From an uncultured Verrucomicrobiota bacterium (lineage in GTDB: Bacteria > Verrucomicrobiota > Verrucomicrobiia > Opitutales > UBA9783): a stretch of 64,000 nt of DNA. The notes under the pieces were generated by a model. That model did not search any database. It was not told where the DNA came from and worked only from the letters and a program-made list of their open reading frames with translations. A program made the translations under genes and the position numbers. Location: the NCBI GenBank assembly GCA_946186275.1, contig CAMHMO010000002.1, positions 67,436 through 131,435 of the forward strand, in the 5' to 3' direction. Positions 45,586-54,579 of this stretch are shown here, piece after piece (the stretch's first letter is position 1; every line of letters begins with the position of its first letter).

Positions 45586-46830
45586 TTAAACCGACTTCAA
45601 CGCATTTCGAATTTCATCATACACCCACTCCAATTCTTCCATTGTAACGCACAGCGGCGGCAATATATAAAGCGTCGAGCCGAGCGGGCGCATGAAGATG
45701 CCGCGTTTAAATAATTCATGCACCACTTTTTTGGCACGTTCCGACGAACCGACATCAAAGGCATCGATGAGCCCGCATGTGCGACGTTTTTTAACACCTT
45801 CCAACGACCTGGAGCGGTAAAACCGTTCGATGGTCGCGACCTTTTGACGGGTTTCGGAGCGCATGAAAATTTCGAGCGATTTGCATGCGGCGGCACAGGC
45901 GATCGGGTTGCCCGTGTAGGAATGACCGTGAATGAGGGCTTTTTTCGAATCGTCCGAAAGGAAAGCATTATAAACATCGTCGGTCGTAATCGTCAGTGAC
46001 AGCGGCAAAAAACCGCCCGTAAGTGCCTTCGACAGACAGACGATATCGGGCTTTTCGCTCACATAATCCATGGCAAAAAACCGTCCCGTTCGGTAAAAGC
46101 CCGTAAAAACCTCATCGAAAATCACCAAAATCCCGAATTCCCGCACTGTTTTTACCAACTTTTCCAAAAACTGTGGTCGGTACATCACCATGCCGCGAGC
46201 TCCCTGAATAAGCGGTTCGACGATGAGTGCGCAAAAGGAAGAACCTTCCGTTTGAAGTTTTTTTTCGAGATTTTCGAGAATTTGCGCTTCCGAGACTTCA
46301 AGAGCTTCAATGCCTTCGTACGTTTCGGGTACAGGGATTGTAAAAGTGTCGAAGAAAAATTCGGAAAAATTAAAGTGGTACATCGAGTTTTTCCCCGAAA
46401 CGCTCATGGCACCGTACGTGTCGCCGTGATAGGCGCCTTCGAGGCAGAGGTATTTTCTGCGTTGGGTATCGCCTCGGTTTTTAAAATACTGATAAGCAAT
46501 TTTCAGGGCGACTTCCACCGCCGTGGAACCGTTATCGGAAAAGAAAAAGTTTTTCAACCCCGTCGGCAAAACGTTTTGCAGATTTTCAACCAGCGTTTCG
46601 GCGGGTTGATGGGTAAAAGCGGTTAAAATGACCTGTTCCAGCGTCGATGCCTGTTGCGCAATCGCGGCGGCGATTTCTTTGTTACCGTGTCCGTGCGCCG
46701 TCACCCACCAACTCGAAATCATATCCGCGTAACGCTTGCCGTTTTCGTCGTATAGCCATATGCCGTCGCCTTTGACAATTTTAACGGGCTTCTCGGCGGT
46801 TTTCTCCTGCGTGAACGGTCTCCAAATCAT
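45586..46830 (-). CDS. bioA: Adenosylmethionine-8-amino-7-oxononanoate aminotransferase
   Basis: It is a class III aminotransferase with SSWWVTAHGHGN and a PLP-lysine region LSKALTGG. It is ATGA-coupled to bioD. Confidence 0.9.
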   Translation of the reverse strand: MIWRPFTQEKTAEKPVKIVKGDGIWLYDENGKRYADMISSWWVTAHGHGNKEIAAAIAQQASTLEQVILTAFTHQPAETLVENLQNVLPTGLKNFFFSDNGSTAVEVALKIAYQYFKNRGDTQRRKYLCLEGAYHGDTYGAMSVSGKNSMYHFNFSEFFFDTFTIPVPETYEGIEALEVSEAQILENLEKKLQTEGSSFCALIVEPLIQGARGMVMYRPQFLEKLVKTVREFGILVIFDEVFTGFYRTGRFFAMDYVSEKPDIVCLSKALTGGFLPLSLTITTDDVYNAFLSDDSKKALIHGHSYTGNPIACAAACKSLEIFMRSETRQKVATIERFYRSRSLEGVKKRRTCGLIDAFDVGSSERAKKVVHELFKRGIFMRPLGSTLYILPPLCVTMEELEWVYDEIRNALKSV

Positions 46831-47426
46831 GATAAAACTTTCAAAATTTCCGACGGCAACGGCGTTTGCTCGAATAATGCCCTTAAATCATTTGTCTCGG
46901 GAAAAACCGCCAGGATAGGCACCTTCGAAAAGTATTCGATCGTTTCCCGAATGTTTTTTTCGATATCCCCGCAGACAACGATACCGCAGATAGGGATTTT
47001 TCGTTGTTGCAGGGCAAAAATCGTCAACAACAAATGGTTAATCATGCCCAATTTCGAACGCGCCACAACCAAAGCGGTTGCGTGCGTTTGTTCGACGACA
47101 TCGAGCATGAAGAAGTTTTCGGCAATCGGCACCAACAGTCCGCCGGCGCCTTCGATAAGAATTTTGTCGCGATCGGTTTTTAGTTTTCGGATATCGATCG
47201 TTTTTTGCTCCAAATTCGCCGCATCCCAAGCCGACAAAGGGGCTTTTAAGCGATACGCGTTGGGTAAAATTTTCGTCTGCGGGGCAAACTTTTGAATGAC
47301 ATCACTGTCGGCATCGCTCCCCGTTTGAATCGATTTCCAATAAGTTGTCTTAATTTTGGAACAAATCCAGGCGGAAACCGTTGTTTTGCCGGCATCGGTA
47401 TCTGTTCCGGTGATGAACAGGTTCAT
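46827..47426 (-). CDS. bioD: Dethiobiotin synthetase
   Basis: It has MNLFITGTDTDAGKTTVSAWI (P-loop) and IEGAGGLLVP. I chose the ATG at 47426 as the start. Confidence 0.9.
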   Translation of the reverse strand: MNLFITGTDTDAGKTTVSAWICSKIKTTYWKSIQTGSDADSDVIQKFAPQTKILPNAYRLKAPLSAWDAANLEQKTIDIRKLKTDRDKILIEGAGGLLVPIAENFFMLDVVEQTHATALVVARSKLGMINHLLLTIFALQQRKIPICGIVVCGDIEKNIRETIEYFSKVPILAVFPETNDLRALFEQTPLPSEILKVLS

Positions 47427-47535
47427 GCGGTCGTCTTCTAAACACCTCCCGAACCTATTAAACATCGTTATTTGCGTCCGTCAACCGCCTGCCTTCGTTC
47501 AAGGAACAGACCAAAGTCAGATATACAATAATCGA

Positions 47536-47579
47536 CTTGACAATTTTTAATTATATTAGTTATTATAATTTTTGTCAAG
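47536..47579. promoter_or_regulatory. Face-to-face divergent bio promoters inside an inverted repeat (candidate biotin operator)
   Basis: CTTGACAA (47536-47543) and TTGTCAAG (47572-47579) form an 8-bp perfect inverted repeat around a 28-bp A/T spacer. The minus strand reads TTGACA, 17 nt, then TATAAT (47555-47550) toward bioD. The plus strand reads TTGACA, 18 nt, then TATTAT (47561-47566) toward bioB. Confidence 0.6.
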
Positions 47580-47749
47580 CCAAAAAGAAGCAAAGGACGT
47601 TGCGCGGGAGATTTAACTTTATTCCCGATGACGGAAATTCTATATAGGAAGCATATGTTGGCTTTTGTATTGCTGTTCGACGGAGAAAGTTGGATGTTGC
47701 GAAATAAATAACTTTGTCATCGGTGCGAACCATTCTATATAAACAGTGT

Positions 47750-48688
47750 ATGATAACCTTCGAAGAAGCGTTTCAAATCTTCAATAAACCGTTTTTTACA
47801 CTCCTGCGGACGGCGCACGAGGTGCACTGCAAAAATTTTGACGAGCAAACGGTGCAAATCAGCGGCATTTTGAGCGTTCGCACGGGCGGTTGCTCGGAAG
47901 ATTGCGCCTACTGCGCCCAGGCGGCGCGCAACGGTACGAAGTTTCCGAAACAACCGATGCTGGATTTGAAAACCGTTGTTACCGCGGCAAAACGCGCCAA
48001 AGAGCACGGGGCGAGTCGCTTTTGCATGAGTACGTCGGGGCGTTGTTTGGAGGCGGACAAGTTTGAAGCAATTTGCGACATGATCCGCGCGGTCAAAGCG
48101 TTGGGGTTGGAAACCTGCGTGACGACGGGCTTTTTAACGCAACCGCAGGCGCAAAAATTGAAGGACGCGGGTTTGGATTATTACAACCACAACATTGACA
48201 CGTCGCCGGAATTTTATCCGCGCGTTGCGACGACACGCACCATTGAGGATCGGTTAAGAACCATCGAAATCGTTCAATCGGTCGGCATTAACGTATGTGC
48301 GGGTGGCATTGTCGGCATGGGGGAAACGAACGAGGATCGCGTGAAAATGCTGGTCTGCCTGGCGAATTTAAAAACACCGCCGCGGTGCGTACCGATCAAT
48401 AAATTGGTGAAAATTCCCGGTACGCGAGTTGATGATTCAAAGCCGATCGATGATTTTGATTTTATCCGCCTCATTGCCGTTGCACGCCTGCTGATGCCGG
48501 GTTCTTACGTGAAAATCGCTGCCGGAAGGAATACCCTTTCGCCGTCGACGCAGGCACTGTGTTTGTTTGCCGGCGCAAATGCCTTGTTCTCGGGCGAGAA
48601 ATTACTGACAGTCGATAATGTCGAAGACGGTTGCGATGCGGCGTTGTTTCGGAAGTTAAACGTGAAATTGGAGAAGCCACGAGGATAG
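47750..48688 (+). CDS. bioB: Biotin synthase
   Basis: It has the radical SAM motif CSEDCAYCAQ and is ~312 aa from the ATG at 47750. Confidence 0.95.
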   Translation: MITFEEAFQIFNKPFFTLLRTAHEVHCKNFDEQTVQISGILSVRTGGCSEDCAYCAQAARNGTKFPKQPMLDLKTVVTAAKRAKEHGASRFCMSTSGRCLEADKFEAICDMIRAVKALGLETCVTTGFLTQPQAQKLKDAGLDYYNHNIDTSPEFYPRVATTRTIEDRLRTIEIVQSVGINVCAGGIVGMGETNEDRVKMLVCLANLKTPPRCVPINKLVKIPGTRVDDSKPIDDFDFIRLIAVARLLMPGSYVKIAAGRNTLSPSTQALCLFAGANALFSGEKLLTVDNVEDGCDAALFRKLNVKLEKPRG

Positions 48689-48727
48689 ATTTTTTGAAAA
48701 GAATTAAAGTGGGAAGGGATAAATAAA

Positions 48728-48754
48728 CGGGCACCCTGGTTTTAAGGGTGCCCG
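48728..48754. terminator. Stem-loop between convergent bioB and the 394-aa ORF
   Basis: CGGGCACCC (48728-48736) pairs with GGGTGCCCG (48746-48754) in a 9-bp stem. A T-rich run (TTTATTTAT) follows on the minus strand only. Confidence 0.5.
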
Positions 48755-48821
48755 CTATGTGTTGCACAACTATCTCTTTGCGACAGTATCGGATGTACTG
48801 CGGACGAGGGGTAAGGTGAGG

Positions 48822-50006
48822 TTATTTGTTGGGTTGGTCTTGTTCTTTTTGGAAGAAGAAACCGAAGGCATGGACTTTCAGAGAAAGTTTCACCCCGTCC
48901 TCGTGATCTACTTTATCTTCGGTAATTAGTTTGTGTAACTCTTCGATGGATCCTCCCGTAAAAGAATTCACAACGTGTCTACCTTGTGGTGGATTATGAA
49001 AAACATTTACAGAAACAATCCATTCGTCTTTCCAAACGATGTTTGCTTCAATTTGTTGTCGGCCTCCTGGCTCGCCGAAGGACAATTTGGACCATTTTGC
49101 GCTTTTTTGAGAAGCATCCCATACCAGAATAGCAATAGCAAAATTTTTGTTGTCACAGGTGTTAATTCCAACCGATGGACTGTATTGGTTTGAGTGACCA
49201 CTGTGGTACGAAAACAACGGACTGGATATTCTGGTGCTGTCCATTTTGCCTTCAACATAACTCCCTGACGGTACATGATAGAATTGGAAGTGCTCTCCGC
49301 CTGTATGATGAAAGATAACTTGAACGTTTTGGAATGCATACGTATCCAGTGAATAATGCATGGCTTCTTTTGATAACATGCATCCGATTTTTTGTTTTGG
49401 TTGCAATCCAAGTTTTTTCAATCCACCCGTTAGATTATAACCAATGTTGAATGGGTGTGTGCACACAATGCAGTCCAAACCGTCGATGAAAGTAACGCCG
49501 CCATCAACATAAAAAACAGATTGTTTCGGTTTACCGGAAATACACAAACAAGCATCTCCCTTTTCATAACGGAGATCGAATTCGCGATGCACTATGCCAA
49601 GTGCCACCACCACTAAAAACTTCAGCGGCTTTCCGTCTTCATCCACCCACCCCGCACGATCTTTATCTTCCAGCGGAAGATATTTATCCGGAATTTCAAA
49701 CGGATCCTTTTCGGCGTTAAAATTCTTGAAGGTTTTTTTCAAGATTTCCTCTTCGTCGTTGAAGGTCATGTTCCTTTGAAGAAACACCGTCGTATCGGGG
49801 CGGAACGTGATGTCCGTGAAGTTGTGCTCCGAAAACACGTCCGTTTGGAACAGTTTCAGTCGGAAGCAGATCGCCTCTTCTTTCTTATCTTTCGGCGGAT
49901 CCACCTTCGCGAACGATATCCCGAAGGGATTTGCCTGCGCCTGAGGGACGAAGCCCGCGGCCGCAATTCCGAATACTTTGATAAGTGATGATATATTCAT
50001 ATCCAT
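48822..50006 (-). CDS. Secreted ORFan protein (394 aa), His-rich
   Basis: It has a signal peptide ending AQA-NP and a His cluster FHHTGGEHFQFYH plus SYHSGHS. I recognise no family. Confidence 0.65.
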   Translation of the reverse strand: MDMNISSLIKVFGIAAAGFVPQAQANPFGISFAKVDPPKDKKEEAICFRLKLFQTDVFSEHNFTDITFRPDTTVFLQRNMTFNDEEEILKKTFKNFNAEKDPFEIPDKYLPLEDKDRAGWVDEDGKPLKFLVVVALGIVHREFDLRYEKGDACLCISGKPKQSVFYVDGGVTFIDGLDCIVCTHPFNIGYNLTGGLKKLGLQPKQKIGCMLSKEAMHYSLDTYAFQNVQVIFHHTGGEHFQFYHVPSGSYVEGKMDSTRISSPLFSYHSGHSNQYSPSVGINTCDNKNFAIAILVWDASQKSAKWSKLSFGEPGGRQQIEANIVWKDEWIVSVNVFHNPPQGRHVVNSFTGGSIEELHKLITEDKVDHEDGVKLSLKVHAFGFFFQKEQDQPNK

Positions 50007-50104
50007 AACGATTATGATTTGAACTTGTCGGTGGTGGGTGGGTGGGGGATGTCAAGCTCTTTTTTTGAAAAAAGTTAAAAAAATTGTTTTTTTTGAGGTG
50101 AAAA

Positions 50105-50128
50105 TTAAAAAAACGTCCTTCGGACGGG
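50105..50128 (-). terminator. Short GC hairpin plus T7 run on the minus strand
   Basis: The minus strand reads CGTCC-GAA-GGACG followed by TTTTTTT (plus-strand A7 at 50107-50113). The stem is only 5 bp. Confidence 0.4.
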
Positions 50129-50515
50129 TACGTCGGGCATATCATTCGCAGGAGTGTAGTTCGTTACCGCATGCGCGTTGAGATATGCTTCGGTTTAAAA
50201 ATAAAAATGCAGGCACATGTACTTATTTAAAAGTTACTGCGCGAGCAATCGTACAGTATATTTTGTATGTTATGTTCCGTTAAAAAAAGCCGTTAAAGCA
50301 AAAGAAGATTCGGAATTTTCGCGAACGAAGTCATTCCGCAGTACAACACGCCTGAATTAAGAGATAAAAAATCGCCTCCGTCGATACGCGTTTATCGGAT
50401 ACTCCCTCCGTCAATTTGCTTTATCGATATTCATATTGTTGTACCGCAACACACGCCCATTGGGCATTCCGACCGCCGACTGTCCTGTCGGTGTCCGATC
50501 CGTCACGCCCCGCCC

Positions 50516-50608
50516 TGGCGGAGAGAGAGGGATTTGAACCCTCGAAGCCCCTTTTGAGGACTTACCTTCTTAGCAGGAAGGCGCTTTAGACCACTCAGCC
50601 ATCTCTCC
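50516..50608 (-). tRNA. tRNA-Ser (anticodon GCU), CCA encoded
   Basis: I folded it by hand. The acceptor stem is GGAGAGA/TCTCTCC, the anticodon arm is CCTTC-CTGCTAA-GAAGG, there is a long variable arm, the T arm is GAGGG-TTCAAAT-CCCTC, the discriminator is G, and the 3' end is CCA. Confidence 0.9.
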
Positions 50609-50653
50609 CGACGGTTTTATTCGAAAAAATTCCGCCGAAAACGTCAATTTAAA

Positions 50654-51300
50654 TTAAATCACGGCAATAGTCGCAAGTCCTTTAACATCGTTTGAAACAA
50701 GTAAATGAATGTGTTTTGTAATTTTTTCAATCGACCAATCCCACCATTTGATTTTCAACAAAAGCTCAATGTCTTCGTCCGAAAAACGTTTGCGGATCGT
50801 TTTTGCGGGACTGCCGGCAACAATTGTATAGGGTTCGACATCTTTGGTCACCGTACTGTTGGTTCCGATAACGGCACCGTCGCCGATATGCATGCCCGGC
50901 ATGACGGTTGTATGATATCCGAGCCAAACGTCATTGCCGATAACGGTATCGCCTTTGAAGGAATAATCGGGTTTTTCGGGTATTGTTCGGCACAGGTTTT
51001 GGAGAACAGAACGAACGGATAGGTTGAAATTGCGCGCTTAATGTGCCACATGCCGTTCATGAGAAAGGTCGCGCCGCCGGCGATTTGACAAAATTTCCCG
51101 ATGATCAGCTTATCGCCCAAAAAATCGAAGTGATACAGGATATTCTTTTCGAAATTCCGTACGTCGGTTTCATCATCGTAATAGGTATAATCACCGACGA
51201 GGATATTGGGGCGCGTAATGAAATTTTTAAGAAAGCAGGTTCTTTTCATACCGCCGAGCAACGGATACGGGCAATCGGAAGAAGGAAAATCGTTGATCAC
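50654..51300 (-). pseudogene. Vat/CatB-type xenobiotic (hexapeptide-repeat) O-acetyltransferase, frameshifted
   Basis: The gene is split into two ORFs. 50848..51300 ends ..NGMWHIKRAISTYPF and then runs out of frame. The other frame reads KGDTVIGNDVWLGYHTTVMPGMHIGDGAVIGTNSTVTKDVEPYTIVAGSPAKTIRKRF..WWDW through 50654. A 1-nt frame change lies between the STYPF codons (~51020) and the KGDT codons (~50956), with an A5/T5 run at 50972-50976. Confidence 0.75.
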
Positions 51301-51398
51301 GACTTTATTTTGGGAAGGTTTTTCACAAACGGAAGCATATTGTGTTGAAGCGGAAGCGAAAAAGTCTGAAGATAAGGCAATTATTAAAGTACGAAATA

Positions 51399-52760
51399 AT
51401 GAAAATCTGCAGTATCGGAGCGGGATATGTTGGCGGACCGACGATGGTCGTCATTGCGGAGCAGTGCCCCGAGATAGAAGTCGAAGTTACGGATGTCAAT
51501 GAGGAACGCATTGCGGCGTGGAATTCGGAGAAACTGCCGGTGTTTGAGCCAGGGTTGGACGAAATTGTCCAAAAGGTGCGCGGCGAAAATTTGACGTTTT
51601 CAACGGATATCGATGAAGCTATCCGTACGTCGGATGTGATTTTTCTTGCCGTCAACACGCCGACCAAAACCTACGGCGACGGTGCCGGGAAGGCGTCGGA
51701 TTTGACCTACATCGAAAGCGCTGTGCGTCGGATTGCGAACGTTGCGACGGGTGATAAAATTATTGTCGAAAAATCCACGCTTCCGGTGCGCACGGCGGAG
51801 AAAATTCGCCGCATTCTGGCAACCAATCGGCATCAATGTAATTTCGAAATCCTTTCCAATCCCGAGTTTATGGCGGAGGGAACGGCGGTGGAGGATTTGC
51901 GACATCCCGATCGCATTCTTATCGGAGGAGACGAAACTGAAAGCGGGAAAAAAGCGATACAAATATTGGTTGACGTGTATGCGCATTGGGTGCCGCGAGA
52001 GAAAATTCTGACGCAAAACGTGTGGTCGAGTGAGCTCTCGAAACTGGCGTCCAACGCGTTTTTGGCGCAGCGGATTTCCTCCATGAATGCTCTTTCGGCG
52101 TTATGCGAGCATTCGGGGGCGGACGTGGATGAAATTGCGCGTTCGGTGGGATCCGATTCGCGCATCGGATCGAGGTTTTTAAAAAGTTCCGTTGGTTTCG
52201 GCGGTTCATGCTTCAAGAAGGATGTATTGAATTTAATTTACCTTTGTGAATACGCCGGCTTAACGGAGGTCGCGCGCTACTGGCAACAGGTCATCGACAT
52301 GAACGAGTACCAGAAACACCGTTTCGCGCGCCTTATTCGGGAAAAGCTGTTTGGTTCGTTGAGTGGAAAGAAAATTGCGGTTTTCGGGTTTGCGTTTAAA
52401 AAAGACACCAACGATACGCGCGAGACGCCTGCTATTACCGTTTGTCAAGACTTGTTGGAGGAGCAGGCAAAATTGGCGATTTATGATCCGAAGGTTCCCG
52501 AGGAAATCGTGCGTCGCGATTTGCGCCCGTATCCTTCCGAACTGATCACGATTGCCAAAACGCCGTACGAAGTCGCCGAAAATGCGCATGCGGTTGTAAT
52601 TCTAACCGAATGGGACGAATTTATTGCCTTGGATTACGAGCGAATTTTTAAGGAAATGCAACAACCGGCATTTGTGTTTGACGGTCGAAATCTGTTGGAT
52701 TTAAACCGCCTGCGTGCGATCGGCTTTGAAGCGTACGGCATCGGGAAACCGCGGGTATGA
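51399..52760 (+). CDS. ugd: UDP-glucose 6-dehydrogenase
   Basis: It has the N-terminal [13 protein letters not shown] and the catalytic [10 protein letters not shown]. It is ~453 aa from the ATG at 51399. Confidence 0.9.
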   Translation: MKICSIGAGYVGGPTMVVIAEQCPEIEVEVTDVNEERIAAWNSEKLPVFEPGLDEIVQKVRGENLTFSTDIDEAIRTSDVIFLAVNTPTKTYGDGAGKASDLTYIESAVRRIANVATGDKIIVEKSTLPVRTAEKIRRILATNRHQCNFEILSNPEFMAEGTAVEDLRHPDRILIGGDETESGKKAIQILVDVYAHWVPREKILTQNVWSSELSKLASNAFLAQRISSMNALSALCEHSGADVDEIARSVGSDSRIGSRFLKSSVGFGGSCFKKDVLNLIYLCEYAGLTEVARYWQQVIDMNEYQKHRFARLIREKLFGSLSGKKIAVFGFAFKKDTNDTRETPAITVCQDLLEEQAKLAIYDPKVPEEIVRRDLRPYPSELITIAKTPYEVAENAHAVVILTEWDEFIALDYERIFKEMQQPAFVFDGRNLLDLNRLRAIGFEAYGIGKPRV

Positions 52761-53097
52761 GTGATACGGTGCGGGCAAGTAAAAGTTTTTTCGGGTAAAA
52801 ACTCGAATAAAAGAAGGCGCATGTACTCCGTTTTTTTGGAGTGTTTTCTAAAAAAAAGAAGGTTGTGGGTCAAGGTTTTCGGCGGATGCTTTCATACCTG
52901 CCGATTGTCATTTTGTAACCGTGAGCAGTTTTGTAAAAGCATGCGTCTGAAGTTCGAGGTACCGCGAACGGTTATTGGGCGATTGGTTTTAAAAAGCCCG
53001 ATCTTGTCGTTATTCCGTTTAAAAAGAGCAATTTTCCATAACAATTGGAAATAGGCGGAGTACTTCGTGATTGGTCTTGTCGTACTTTCGGTGATTT

Positions 53098-54579
53098 TTA
53101 TCCCTTTAAACAGTGATAATTTGCCATGGAAATGCCGCTTAATAATGCGCCGACGATACCTAAAAAGCCCTGGTCGGTACCGCACAGAAATAAATTCTCA
53201 TACCCGATGCGACCGTCGCGAAACTTCTTTGTTGAACCGTAAATCGCACCGTTGATATGTCCCGTGAAGCGTTCGACGGTTAAGGGCGTGAACATGTCTT
53301 CGGCAAGAACGGTTTGCGAAGGTTGCCCGCCTAAAATATGAAATGCACGCTCGCGCGAAGCCTTTAGGCAGGCTTTCTTTTGCTCGCGATACGCTTCGGG
53401 CGAAAGGTTCTTCCAGGCGTCGTATCCCGCAAGGTGCGTGGTTCGGAGCATCAGACGTTGCGTTGTGCTTTGTGATGGCGTGGCGGACGAAGGAACTGCC
53501 GGATTTTGCCGAAATTTATCCGAAACCATCGGTTCGAAAACCGATGTGGAAAACGAACCATCGGGAGCGTGATCGCCATAGTTTTCCGGGATGCAAATGA
53601 CACCGCTGCGCAAATCAATCAGCTGCTTCGTCGGTTCATAAGCAACGCGTTCGGAGGTATTAAAGAAGGTAATGGTATCATTCCAATCGCAGGCTTCGGG
53701 TGTTGCTTCATATGTGGTAATGGTTTCGGCGAAACTTAACCGCGATGGTTCGCCTTCGACGGTTTTGCCACAGAGGGCTTGCGTTTCGCGGTAACCGACG
53801 GAGGATAAAATCTGCGTTGCATACAGAATTTCTCCTGAAGCCAATTCAACGCCGACGGCGCGGGAACTATCCAAAAGGATGGAGCGCACGGCTGTTTTTA
53901 ATTTTAAAACTCCGCCACAGGTACGGTAACGGTCAACCAACAGCCGACAAATCGTTCGAACGCCAAATTTCGGGCGCGCAAAGCCTTCTTTATAAATTGC
54001 CTTATATAAAATCGCAAACTGCCGCCAATCGAGATCGTTTACATGTGCACTCCCGTAGTAAAATAACGGCAACAGCAGCATCTCCGTCAACAGCGGATCG
54101 TTCAGATACGAACGCAGTTGTTCGCGCGCGGAGATAAAATCCGAACCGTCCAGCGCCGTATCGGAGGTGTTTTCAACGGCGGCATCGAGTTTGGAAAAGC
54201 CGTCAATCTGCTTCGGAAAGTATTGCCGAATGTTCTCGGTTAGAAATGGGAAGTGATTATTAAAGGTCAGCGCAACATCGGGGAATTGAATGCGCGATTG
54301 TCGTTGTTGTTCCAATTTGAAAGCTTCGTACGGAATGCGCAACTGACGGCAAAGCTTGGTGAGTGGATGCCCGCGGCTTCTTGCCGGAACGAAGTTGGTC
54401 ATCGCGTGCAGACCGACGTCGTACAAAATTTTGTCTTTGACATAAAAGCCGTTCAGCCCGCCGACAGAGTAATGTTTTTCCAGAAGGAGCACCTTCTTGC
54501 CCGCCATCGCCAAACGAATGCCGGCACCGAGACCCGACATTCCGGCACCGATGACAATTACATCCCAATGCGCGTTCAT
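53098..54579 (-). CDS. FAD/NAD(P)-dependent oxidoreductase, phytoene-desaturase (CrtI/CrtD)-like
   Basis: It has the N-terminal WDVIVIGAGMSGLGAGIRLAMAGKKVLLLEKHYSVGG. The ATG at 54579 overlaps the upstream stop as ATGA. Confidence 0.7.
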   Translation of the reverse strand: MNAHWDVIVIGAGMSGLGAGIRLAMAGKKVLLLEKHYSVGGLNGFYVKDKILYDVGLHAMTNFVPARSRGHPLTKLCRQLRIPYEAFKLEQQRQSRIQFPDVALTFNNHFPFLTENIRQYFPKQIDGFSKLDAAVENTSDTALDGSDFISAREQLRSYLNDPLLTEMLLLPLFYYGSAHVNDLDWRQFAILYKAIYKEGFARPKFGVRTICRLLVDRYRTCGGVLKLKTAVRSILLDSSRAVGVELASGEILYATQILSSVGYRETQALCGKTVEGEPSRLSFAETITTYEATPEACDWNDTITFFNTSERVAYEPTKQLIDLRSGVICIPENYGDHAPDGSFSTSVFEPMVSDKFRQNPAVPSSATPSQSTTQRLMLRTTHLAGYDAWKNLSPEAYREQKKACLKASRERAFHILGGQPSQTVLAEDMFTPLTVERFTGHINGAIYGSTKKFRDGRIGYENLFLCGTDQGFLGIVGALLSGISMANYHCLKG

